Positions 27,974-39,400 of a stretch of 64,000 nt of DNA are shown here, in pieces. The translations under genes were made by a program, and so were the position numbers. The notes below the pieces were generated by a model. It was not told where the DNA came from and ran no database searches. It saw only the letters and a program-made list of their open reading frames with translations. Source of the DNA: an uncultured delta proteobacterium (GTDB taxonomy: Bacteria; Myxococcota; Myxococcia; Myxococcales; Anaeromyxobacteraceae); contig CAWFDF010000012.1 in assembly GCA_963814585.1 (NCBI GenBank), forward strand, positions 384,001-448,000, written 5' to 3'. The stretch's first letter is position 1. Each line of letters begins with the position of its first letter.

Positions 27974-29326
27974 ATGGACCTCCGCCTGGGATTGCCGCTG
28001 GCCCTCTGCGCCGTCGCGGCTGGTTGCGCGGCGAGGGTGCCGGCCGCCCCGGTCGACGTGTCGACCCGCGGCGCGGGCAGCGAGCAAGCTGCGCGGGGCC
28101 GGGCCGGTGCGACCCCGGCGACGCATCCTCCGATCGCCGCTTCCGCCACGACCCCGGCATTGACGGTGGCGCTGCCCTACGCACCGGGCGCGGCCGTGGC
28201 CGATGCCCTCTCCGGACGGCTCGAGGTCGTGGGCGTCGGCGCCTGGCCGGGCCTGTTCCGGCGCCTGTCGTGCGTCTACCGCAATGGCCGGGTCTTCGTC
28301 GTGGACGAGCGGTGCAGCGACCCGCGCGAGCCGACCAGCCTGGTGGTCCACGTGGTGTCCCCCACCCGCGGGCGCGCCACCATCTTCGCCGATGCGGGGG
28401 CGCCCATCGGCAGGGCGCGGCGCCCGGACTACAAGTCTTTCGGCGCCGGGAGCGCAGCCCCACGGCCGCCGCCGGCGACGCTGGACGTTGCGGCGAGCTA
28501 CGAGGAGGTGGTGGCGTACGAGGCCGACGCACCGGGCGCGGTGCGGGCGACCTGCAGCGCCGGCACGCAGCGCCCGCAGGGCAACTGCTCGAAGGGCGCC
28601 CCGGTCTCCGCCGGGGAGTACGCGGCCTCGGTCGAGCCGTTCCTGCGGGACCCGCCGGCCGGCTGGTACGAGCTGGTGCGCGGGCTGGTGAGGCTGCGCG
28701 CGCAGGCGCACGCCGGCATCCGCCCGGGCGCCCTCCCGCTCCCCCGCCTCGTCGCCTGGGGCGCGTCGTGGGCGCGCGACCTGGACGTCACGGTGGACGA
28801 GGGGAACCTGAAGCGGGTCGGAAACGGGTTCGGCCGGACCGCCGCCATCGCGGTCACCGCCGACGGGGGCGCGCTGATCGCCGGGACCACGCAGCACGGC
28901 GGCGTGACCGTCCCGGCGGTGGTGCGCGCCGACGCCAACGGCGCCAAGCGGTGGCTGAAGGTGCTGCCGGAGCGGGGCTTCGTCACGCACGAGATCGCCA
29001 GCGTGGCCGTGGTCCCGGGCGGCGCCGTCGTGCTGTCGCCGGGATACCCCGATCCGGGCTGGAAGCCGACCGCGCGCGTCATCAGGCTCGACGAGGTCGG
29101 CAACGTCCGCTGGCAGTGGCTCGGGCGCGGCAAGGACCGGCACCGGATCCCGCAGGTGGTCACCGCCCAGCCCACTGCGCAGGGCACGGTGCTGCTGCGC
29201 GGCTACGTCCAGCTGGTCGCCGACGGCGACGTCCACGCCTGGACCGCCGAGCTCGACGCCCGCGGCAAGGCGATCCGGGAGGAGGTCGGCGCGGTGCTGG
29301 CCGACCACGCCGCGTCCTTCGAGTAG
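27974..29326 (+). CDS. Hypothetical lipoprotein with C-terminal beta-propeller-like repeats
   Basis: Lipobox VAAGC; repeated DANGAKRW, DEVGNVRW, DARGKAIR. Confidence 0.6.
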   Translation: MDLRLGLPLALCAVAAGCAARVPAAPVDVSTRGAGSEQAARGRAGATPATHPPIAASATTPALTVALPYAPGAAVADALSGRLEVVGVGAWPGLFRRLSCVYRNGRVFVVDERCSDPREPTSLVVHVVSPTRGRATIFADAGAPIGRARRPDYKSFGAGSAAPRPPPATLDVAASYEEVVAYEADAPGAVRATCSAGTQRPQGNCSKGAPVSAGEYAASVEPFLRDPPAGWYELVRGLVRLRAQAHAGIRPGALPLPRLVAWGASWARDLDVTVDEGNLKRVGNGFGRTAAIAVTADGGALIAGTTQHGGVTVPAVVRADANGAKRWLKVLPERGFVTHEIASVAVVPGGAVVLSPGYPDPGWKPTARVIRLDEVGNVRWQWLGRGKDRHRIPQVVTAQPTAQGTVLLRGYVQLVADGDVHAWTAELDARGKAIREEVGAVLADHAASFE

Positions 29327-29369
29327 AGCGCGGGCTGGGACCGCGTCGGCCGGACGGGCGGGAGCGACG

Positions 29370-29795
29370 TCAGACCGGGTGGGGCAGGCTCACCATCCAC
29401 TGGACGCCGAAGCGATCCTCGCACATGCCGAAGTACGGTCCCCACGGGGCGTTGGCGAGCGGCATGTTGACCTTGCCGCCGGCGCTGAGCGCGGCGAAGG
29501 CGCGGTCCGCCTCGGCCTTGTCCGTGGCCACGATGGAGACGTGGAAGTTGTTCCCCACCTGGAGCGGCGGGCCGAAGCCCGGGACGGCGTCGCTCGCCAT
29601 GAGGTGGACGGTCTCGGTGATGGGGAGCTGCGCGTGCACCACCTTGTCCTTCCCGCCCTCGGGGACGCCCTGCATGAAGGGCGTCTCGCCGAAGGTCTGC
29701 CGCATGACGGTCTTGGTGCCGAAGACCGACTCGTAGAGCTTGAAGGCCTCGTCGGTGGTGCCGGGGAAGTTCAGGTAGACGTGGACCAGCTGCAT
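29370..29795 (-). CDS. VOC/PhnB family protein
   Basis: YLNFPG..EAFKLYESVFG, VVHAQL, MPLANAPWGPYFGMCEDRFGVQWMV; GGAGG RBS. Confidence 0.9.
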   Translation of the reverse strand: MQLVHVYLNFPGTTDEAFKLYESVFGTKTVMRQTFGETPFMQGVPEGGKDKVVHAQLPITETVHLMASDAVPGFGPPLQVGNNFHVSIVATDKAEADRAFAALSAGGKVNMPLANAPWGPYFGMCEDRFGVQWMVSLPHPV

Positions 29796-29878
29796 GGTGG
29801 CCTCCTCCTGGGTGAGCCGGCTACGTAGGGGCTGCGGGGCGGCCGCGCAAGTCCCTGCTGGAGGTGCGGCAGGGCGGC

Positions 29879-32684
29879 TCAATCGACCGGCAGGTTCATC
29901 TTCCTCAGGCACGCGGCGGTACGCGGGTCCCCCCTGAACCGCGGCGAAGGCTTCAGGTTCCGGATACCACCGTCCATGTTCACGCGAGCGCGCTCCAGCC
30001 ACTCGAACGCCTTGTCCCGCTCGCCGGCGTTGTCGTAGGCGAGCGCGATTCCCCAGGCGTGCGTGACGGAACAGCAGGCGATGAACTCGTCGAGGGCCCT
30101 TCGCGCCTCCGCTTCCCGTCCGAGAAGTCGGAACGCCTTCACACGCTCGTAGTGAATGTACGGGTCTCGGGGCGTGATCGGCTCGCTGAGCACGGCCTCG
30201 GCCCACCCCTTCGACTCGGCCACCACGATCCCCCGCCAGTCGTTGCGCGGGTTGATCTCCCGCGCTCGCGCATGCGCCTTCGCGCCGAGCTCGCGATCGC
30301 CTGCCAGGTTCGCGGCGAGGCCGAGCTGGCTCCAGGCCACGGTGCTCAGCGGGTCGAGCTCGGTGGCTCGGCGGAGTTCCTGGACGCCCTCGCGGCTCCC
30401 CATCGCGGAGAGGAGGGCGCCCAGGACGATGCGGGCCTGCACGTCGCCGGGGTCGAGCTCGACCGCCCGGCGCGCGTCGGCGATGCTGCCCTTCCAGTCC
30501 CAGCCGCGGATGTCGACGAGCTGCGCGCGCGCCGCGTAGCCCGCCCCGGCCCCGGGGCGAGCGCCACGGCCCGGGTCGCGGCGTCGAGCGCCTTCCGCTT
30601 GTCCTGGAGGATGCCCTCCAGGCTCGCTTGCCAGCCGGAGCGCTCGTCGAGTGCGTGCGAAAGCCCGCCCCAGGCCTCGGCGAAGTCGGGCTCGACCGCC
30701 ACGGCCTTCTCGAACGACGCGATGGCGCGAGGCAGGTCCTCGTGCGTCAAGCGGGAGAGGAGCTGCCGCCCCAGGAGGTAGGACGCGTAGGCATCCGGGT
30801 CGTAGGATCGCGGGCGATGTCGGTCGGTAGGGAGCAGCCGCAGCTGGAGCGCCGTCGTCACGGCCGCGGCAATCTCCTCCTGGACCCTCAGGATCGCGGT
30901 GGCCTTCCTGTCGTAGCTCTCCGACCAGAGGTGGGTTCCGTCGGCCACCCGGATGAGCTGCGCCGTGATGCGGATGTCGTTTCCGTCCCTTCGCAGGCCT
31001 CCCTCCAGCACGTTCGCGACGCCGAGCCTCTGGCCGATGGTCTTGAGATCGTCGGTCTTGCCCCTGAAGGAGAAGGACGACGTTCGGCCGATGACCTTCA
31101 GTCCGTCGACGTGCGCCAGCGCGTTCCTGATCTCCTCCGCGACCCCGTCCGCGAAATACTCCTGGTCGTGCTTCGGGCTCATGTCGGCGAAGGGGAGGAC
31201 GGCGATGGAGGGGGGCGCGGGCATGGGTGGTGCCTCGCCCTGGATCGGGCCGTCCGGGGGCAGGGCCGCCCTGCGGAGCAACTCCTCCCAGCGAGGGCCG
31301 CCTCGGATCTTCCGGAGCAGCGGGTCGGTCTTGAGCCAGAACATCGCCGTGTCGGGGAAGGTTCGCGCCTTCTCCAGCCAGCCGAACGCGGCGTCGGCGT
31401 TGCCCGCCCAGGCGTAGGTCTGGGCCACCTGGTAGGGCCCCAAGGCGCCGAAGTCGCGGGCGAGCTCCTCCCTCGCGCGGGCCGCGTCGGCGGGCCGCCC
31501 CAGGTCATGGTAGGCGAGCGCCTCGGCGAGGAGCGCCCACGGGCGCCCCGGCGGCCCCATGGCCCGGAACTCGCCCGCCATGGCCAGCGCCTCGCTCGCC
31601 TCCCCGGCGACCACGCGGTCCATCACGATGACCACCAGGGCGAAGGCGCGGTAGCCCGGGAACAGTTCCGCCATGCGATAGGCGGCCTGCCTGGCCTTCG
31701 GGTGGTCCCCCCGGGCGTATGCGGCCGCGGACAGGCCCAGCCACCCGCTCACCCACCCACGCTCGAGGAGCGGGTCGATCCGGGTGACGCGCTCGAACTC
31801 GGCGACGGCCTCGTCCGTCCGCCCGTGGACCAGCAGGCTGAACCCACCGGAGAGGGCGACCGCCGAGTCGCCCGGCGCGATCGCCCGGGCTCGCTCGGCA
31901 CGTCGACCTTCCGCACCGTTGCCGCTTCAGCCGACCAGCGCCCCTGCCCCTCCGGGAACGGGAACTCCCCGGTGAGCATCCGGAACAGCATCACCCCCAG
32001 CGCGAAGACGTCGGTCCGCTCGTCCTCGGGCGCGTCCTCCCACTGCTCCGGCGCCATGTAGGCCGGCGTCCCGCCGGAGAGGCGCCGCCTCCCGAAGGCG
32101 TGGGCCATCCCGAAGTCGAGGATCTTCACCTGCCCCTTGCCGGTGACGAACACGTTCGAGGGCTTGAGATCCCGGTGCACCACCCCCTCGGCGTGGGCGT
32201 GGGCGAGGCCGCGGGCCACCTCGGTCGCGACGTGCACCGCCTCCTGGACCGGGAGCGGCCCGTCGTCGAGCCGTTCCTGCAAGGTCCTGCCGCGCAGCAG
32301 CTCGAAGACGAGGTACGGCCCGTGCTCGCTCCGGCCGACGTCGTGCAGCGTCACCAGGTTCGGGTGGGAGAGGCGGGCGATGGCCTCGGCCTCGCGGACG
32401 ACCCTTCCCTCCTCCTCGGCAACCCGGCCCGGCCGGACCAGCTTCAAGGCCACCTGCCGCCCCAGCTCCCGGTCCCTCGCCTCGTAGACCACGCCGAAGC
32501 CGCCCCGTCCCAGCTCGCGGACGACCTCGAAGCGCCCGACGAACGCCCCCGGGAGGAGCGGCGGCGCCCCGGCCTCGGGCTCCTCCGGCGAGGCGGCCAC
32601 CCGCCTGAGGAGGTCGGTCAGCGCACCGGGCCTCACTCCCCCCGTCGGACCGCGGCCGTCCCCGGCGCCAGTGCCCACCTGCAC
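29879..32684 (-). pseudogene. Disrupted Ser/Thr protein kinase with TolB-like and TPR modules
   Basis: Kinase motifs LGRGGFGVVY, VALKLV, HRDLKPSN, DFG, GTPAYMAPE, DVFALG. The kinase breaks at ~31897 into an out-of-frame TPR region, followed by SIAVLPFADMS...EYFADG and more TPRs; second shift at ~30550. Confidence 0.75.
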
Positions 32685-32706
32685 CCCCTGTGACCGTGGA
32701 TGAAGG

Positions 32707-32900
32707 CTAGCCGATTTGGTGGAATGGGCGCCACCTGGCCCTGGTTCGTGCGCACGAACCAGGGTCGAGCCACCGGGGTGCTCCCTCGTCTCCGACGGGC
32801 CGGGACAGCCTCTCCAGCAGCGCCACCATCCCCGCCTTGTCCATCCGGCGACCGGCGATGTCGACCATGGCGTCGGAGAGGCATGAGGGCGGCTCCGGCA
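32707..32900 (-). pseudogene. Possible C-terminal remnant of a Fic/Doc protein
   Basis: LSDAMVDIAGRRMDKAGMVALLERL resembles the terminal helices of Doc proteins (from memory); no HPFxDGNKR motif is present. Confidence 0.35.
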
Positions 32901-33166
32901 ACCTGTTGGGTCGTGTCTGGACAGGCCACGGCCGCCGGCAAGCGCTCCAACGTCGCCGGCCCGCCATCGTCCACCGTCTGGCGACACGAGCCTCACTCCT
33001 GCCGGCAAAGCGCGGATCGACGACCGCGTGGCCGGCCTCACGGCGGGGCGTAAGCGGCCCCCTGCGCCCCGGCTTGGCCCCGGAAACGGCCCTCCGAGGG
33101 GCTGCCGAAGGCGAGGCCGTCGACTAGGTGCCACCCGGAACCAGAGCCGGGGGGCGAGGAGGCGCC

Positions 33167-34042
33167 ATGGAAGCGAACAGGAGCGTCGAGCCGGGGCGAC
33201 CCCACGCGCCACCACCGGCGTGGAAGGGGCAGGAGCGCGGAGACACCGCCTTCACCAGCTCCATCGCCGAGCTCTACGACCGGCACCTGGTGCCGATGAT
33301 CTTCGAGCCCTACGCCGTCGACCTCGCGGCCCGGGTCGCCGCGCTCGACCCGTCGCGAGTCCTCGAGACCGCGGCGGGCACCGGCGTGGCGACCCGCGCG
33401 ATGGCGCGGGCCTTGCCGGCGCGGGTGGACCTGGTGGCCACCGACCTCAACCCGGCGATGCTCGAGCGCGCCGCCGCGGTCGGCACGCCGCGGTCGGTGC
33501 GGTGGCAGCAAGCCGACGCGGCGCACCTCCCCTTCGACGACGCCCGCTTCGACGTCGTCGCCTGCCAGTTCGGCGCGATGTTCTTCCCGGACAAGGCCCG
33601 CGCCTTCTCCGAGGCACGGCGCGTGCTCCGCCGCGGCGGTGCGCTGGTGTTCAGCGTCTGGGACCGCCTCGAGGAGAACGAGTTCACCGACATCGTGGTG
33701 GCGGAGCTGGCCCGCCTCTTCCCGGAGGACCCCCCCCGGTTCATGGCGCGCACGCCGCACGGCTACTTCGACCGGGAGGCCATCTCGCGAGACCTGGCGA
33801 GCGCGGGGTTCGACGCCACGCCACGAATCGAGACGGTGGCGGCGCGCAGCCGGGCGCCATCGGCGCAGGTGACGGCCCTCGCCCTCTGCCAGGGGACGCC
33901 CCTGCGGAACGAGATCGAGGCCCGCGCCGGCCCGGACCTGGCCGAGGCGACCTCAGCGTGCGCCGCGGCGCTGGCTTCGCGCTTCGGTGGGGGGCCGATC
34001 GACGGGAAGATCCAGGCGCACGTCGTCGCCGTCGAAGCCTGA
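33167..34042 (+). CDS. UbiE-like class I SAM-dependent methyltransferase
   Basis: VLETAAGTG, ATDLNPAML, ADAAHLPFDD, CQFGAMFFPDK; GAGGAGG RBS. Confidence 0.9.
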   Translation: MEANRSVEPGRPHAPPPAWKGQERGDTAFTSSIAELYDRHLVPMIFEPYAVDLAARVAALDPSRVLETAAGTGVATRAMARALPARVDLVATDLNPAMLERAAAVGTPRSVRWQQADAAHLPFDDARFDVVACQFGAMFFPDKARAFSEARRVLRRGGALVFSVWDRLEENEFTDIVVAELARLFPEDPPRFMARTPHGYFDREAISRDLASAGFDATPRIETVAARSRAPSAQVTALALCQGTPLRNEIEARAGPDLAEATSACAAALASRFGGGPIDGKIQAHVVAVEA

Positions 34043-34128
34043 GCGGCCCTGGTTCCCCCCGGTTTGGCACGGTTTGCGCCAACCCCCGGAAGCGCAGAGG
34101 TCCGAGCGATCGATTCAAGAGAAGAAAT

Positions 34129-34533
<405 letters not shown>

Positions 34534-34543
34534 AGCGCCACGG

Positions 34544-34573
34544 GGTCTAGCACGCGCGGGCCCGAGGCGACAA
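34544..34573 (-). promoter_or_regulatory. Putative sigma70-type promoter of rnpB
   Basis: TTGTCG-N18-TAGACC with a TG extension, about 10 nt upstream of P1. Confidence 0.4.
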
Positions 34574-34590
34574 TGCAGGCCCCGAGCGCC

Positions 34591-35310
34591 CTACCCCGCG
34601 GTGCGACGCACGCCCCGCCTCGGGCAGAGCTCCGCGACCGGGCAACGGTCGCAGGCCGGCGCGCGCGCCGTGCAGCACCGGCGGCCATGCCAGACCAGCA
34701 GCTGGTGGCCGTGGGCCCACCAGTCCCTCGGGAAGAGCGCACGCAGCTCGGCCTCGACCCGGCCTGGCGCCAGCTGCCGCGTGAAGCCGAGCCGGCGCGC
34801 CAGCCGGCCCACGTGCGTGTCGACCGGGAAGGCCGCCTCCACCCCCTGCTGCACCAGGATGACGCCGGCCGACTTCTGCCCCACCCCCGGCAGCGCCTCG
34901 AGCTCGGCCCGGGTGCGCGGCACCTGCCCGCCGTGCGCCTCCACGATCCGCCTCGCCGCCGCCACGATGGCCCTGGCCTTGTTGCGGAAGAGCCCCAGCG
35001 TCCGGATGTGGGGCCAGAGCTGCTCGGGATCGGCTCCCGCGAGGGCCGCCGCATCGGGGAAGGCGGCGAACAGCCCCGGCGTCACCCGGTTGACCCCCTT
35101 GTCGGTCGACTGGGCCGAGAGGATCACCGACACCAGGAGCTGCAGGTCGCCCTCGAAGTCGAGCTCGATGCGCGCGCCTGGCATGGCCGCGTCGAGCCGC
35201 CGGAGCACCTCGAGCGCCCGGGTCCGCTCGGCGTCGGAGGGCGTGCGGGGGCGGCGCCTCCCCTTCGGGCGCCCTCCCGAACCGGTCTTCGCCGCTCTCC
35301 GTGCCGCCAT
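34591..35310 (-). CDS. nth: Endonuclease III
   Basis: ILSAQSTD, HhH motif LPGVGQKSA, VDTHV, Fe-S motif CTARAPACDRCPVAELC. Confidence 0.95.
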   Translation of the reverse strand: MAARRAAKTGSGGRPKGRRRPRTPSDAERTRALEVLRRLDAAMPGARIELDFEGDLQLLVSVILSAQSTDKGVNRVTPGLFAAFPDAAALAGADPEQLWPHIRTLGLFRNKARAIVAAARRIVEAHGGQVPRTRAELEALPGVGQKSAGVILVQQGVEAAFPVDTHVGRLARRLGFTRQLAPGRVEAELRALFPRDWWAHGHQLLVWHGRRCCTARAPACDRCPVAELCPRRGVRRTAG

Positions 35311-35319
35311 GAGGGGGCG

Positions 35320-35331
35320 GATGCTAGCATC
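35320..35331. promoter_or_regulatory. Palindromic extended -10 element, putative bidirectional nth/ltaE promoter
   Basis: GATGCTAGCATC reads TG-C-TAGCAT on both strands within a 47-bp divergent gap. Confidence 0.5.
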
Positions 35332-35357
35332 GGCGCCCTTCCGAGGAGGAGGACCGC

Positions 35358-36389
<1,032 letters not shown>

Positions 36390-36437
36390 GGCACGGCGGC
36401 GCCCTCCCAGGGAGCGAGGCGGCCCCCGGGGGAGGCG

Positions 36438-39400
36438 TCACAGGACGTCGAGGATCCCGTCCACCGGTCCGGCCAGGTGAGGCGTGCCGACGTTGGCGTC
36501 CACCCAGGTCGCCGATGCGCTCAGGCTGAGAACCTGCGGCGTCGCGGGCGCGGTGCATCCCGTCCAGGTGAGGTCGAGGGTGGCGCCGATGGCAACCTGC
36601 GGCATCGCCGGCGCCGAGCTGCAGGTGGTCCCGGTGAGCGACACCTCGGTCACGTCGGCCTGGGCCGCACCGTTCTTGGAGAGCGCCAGGGTCACGGAGA
36701 AGTCACCCCCGACCGCCACGGATGCTGGAATCGCCGTGAGGCTGAGGGCGGTGACGCTCGCCGCGGTCTGGACGGTGGTGGTCGACGAGGTGATGCCCGC
36801 CGGAGTGAGCGCGGCCCCCGTGTTGGCGTCGGTGCCAGTGGCCGTGGCCGTGATGGTGATGTTGCCCGCCTGCGTGGCCGTGCAGGTGAAGGTGAACGGC
36901 ACCGTGGCGCCGGCGGCGATGGGCGTCGCGCCTGGGCTGGCGGTGCCGCAGCTGGCCACGGCGCCGGCCGTCTCCTTCACCGTCGGCGTGACGGTCACGC
37001 CGCTGGCCGTGGCGCCGCCCGCGGTGGCGGTGTTGCGGGCGTTGGCGGTCAGCGTGATCCCCTGGCCCACGCTGACCGTGGCCGCCGGCTGGGCCTGGTA
37101 GGTCACCGACAGGCCGGCCGCGGCCTGGACCGTGACCGTCGCCAGCGCCGGCCCGGCCGTCTGCGGCGTGCCGACGTTGACGTCCACCCAGGTCGCCGAG
37201 GCGCTCAGGCCGAGCGTCTGTGGCGTCGCCGGCGCCGTGCACCCCGACCAGGTGAGGTTCAGGCTCGCCCCGACCCCGTTCGCCGGCAGCGTCGGGGGCG
37301 TCGTGCAGGTCGTCCCGGTGAGCGCCGCGGCCGTCACGTTGGCCGCGGCGGTGCCGGTCTTGGCCAGGGCCAGGGTGACCGTGAACGCCTGGCTGGTGTT
37401 GACCGTCGACGGCGTCGCCGTCAGGCTGGTCGCCGTCACCACGGCCCCGCTCTGGACCGTGACCGAGATCGGCCCGGAGCTCGCCGCCTGCGGCGTGCCG
37501 ACGTTGACGTCGACCCACGTCGCCGAGGCACTCAGGCTGAGCGTCCCCGCGCTCGGCGAGCTGCACCCGGACCAGGTCAGGTTCAGGCTCGCCCCGATCC
37601 CGTTCACCGGCACGGTCGGCGCCGTCGTGCAGGTCACCCCCGTCAGCGTGGCCGCGGTCACGTTGGCCGCGGCCGTGCCGGTCTTGGCCAGCGCCAGCGT
37701 CACCGTGAACGCCTGGCCGGTGTTGAGCGTCGACGGCGTCGCCGTCAGGCCGGTCGCCGTCACCACGGCCCCGCTCTGGACCGTGACCGAGATCGGCCCG
37801 GAGCTCGCCGCCTGCGGCGTGCCGACGTTGACGTCCACCCAGGTCGCCGAGGCGCTCAGGCTGAGCGTCTGTGGCGTCGCCGGCGCCGTGCACCCCGACC
37901 AGGTCAGGTTCAGGCTGGCCCCGACCCCGTTCACCGGCAGCGTCGGCGGCGTCGTGCAGGTCGTCCCGGTGAGCGTGGCCGCGGTCACGTTGGCAGCGGC
38001 GGTGCCGGTCTTGGCCAGGGCCAGCGTCACCGTGAACCCCTGGCTGGTGTTGAGCGTCGATGGCGTCGCCGTCAGGCTGGTCGCCGTCACCGCCGCCGCA
38101 GACTGGACCGTCACGGCCGCCAGCGCCGGGCCCGCCGTCTGCGGCGTGCCGACGTTGACGTCCACCCAGGTCGCCGAGGCGCTCAGGCTGAGTGTCTGCG
38201 GGGTCGCGGGCGCCGTGCACCCCGACCAGGTCAGGTTCAGGCTCGCCCCGATCCCGTTCACCGGCATCGTCGGCGGCGTGGTGCAGGTCGTCCCGGTGAG
38301 CGCGGCGGCAGTCACGTTGGCCGCGGCGGTGCCGGTCTTGGCCAGCGCCAGCGTCACCGTGAACCCCTGGCTGGTGTTGAGCGTCGACGGCGTCGCCGTC
38401 AGGCTGGTCGCCGTCACCACGGCCCCGCTCTGGACCGTGACCGAGGTCGGCCCGGGCCCGCCGCCTGCGGCGTGCCGACGTTGACGTCCACCCAGGTCGC
38501 CGAGGCGCTCAGGCTGAGCGTCTGTGGCGTCGCCGGCGCCGTACACCCCGACCAGGTCAGGTTCAGGCTCGCCCCGATCCCGTTCACCGGCAGCGGTCGG
38601 CGGCGTCGTGCAGGTCACCCCGCGTCAGCGTGGCCGCGGTCACGTTGGCCGCGGCGGTGCCGGTCTTGGCCAGCGCCAGCGTCACCGTGAACGCCTGGCC
38701 GGTGTTGAGCGTCGACGGCGTCGCCGTCAGGCTGGTCGCCGTCACCGCCGCCCCGCTCTGGACCGTGACCGAGATCGGCCCGGGCTCGCCGTCTGCGGCG
38801 TGCCGACGTTGACGTCCACCCAGGTCGCCGAGGCGCTCAGGCTGAGCGTCTGTGGCGTCGCCGGCGCCGTGCACCCCGACCAGGTCAGGTTCAGGCTGGC
38901 CCCGACCCCGTTCACCGGCAGCGTCGGCGGCGTCGTGCAGGTCGTCCCGGTGAGCGTGGCCGCGGTCACGTTGGCAGCGGCGGTGCCGGTCTTGGCCAGG
39001 GCCAGCGTCACCGTGAACCCCTGGCCGGTGTTGAGCGTCGATGGCGTCGCCGTCAGGCTGGTCGCCGTCACCGCCGCCGCAGACTGGACCGTCACGGCCG
39101 CCAGCGCCGGGCCCGCCGTCTGCGGCGTGCCGACGTTGACGTCCACCCAGGTCGCCGAGGCGCTCAGGCTGAGTGTCTGCGGGGTCGCGGGCGCCGTGCA
39201 CCCCGACCAGGTCAGGTTCAGGCTCGCCCCGATCCCGTTCACCGGCATCGTCGGCGGCGTGGTGCAGGTCGTCCCGGTGAGCGCCACGGCCGTCACGTTG
39301 ACCGCGGCGGTACCGGTCTTGGCCAGGGCCAGCGTCACCGTGAACCCCTGGCTGGTGTTGAGCGTCGACGGCGTCGCCGTCAGGCTGGTCGCCGTCACCA

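Noticed and set aside
34065..34079. sigma54-like TGGCACGGTTTGCGC
   Set aside because: Poor -12 element, points antisense into rnpB, and has no downstream gene.
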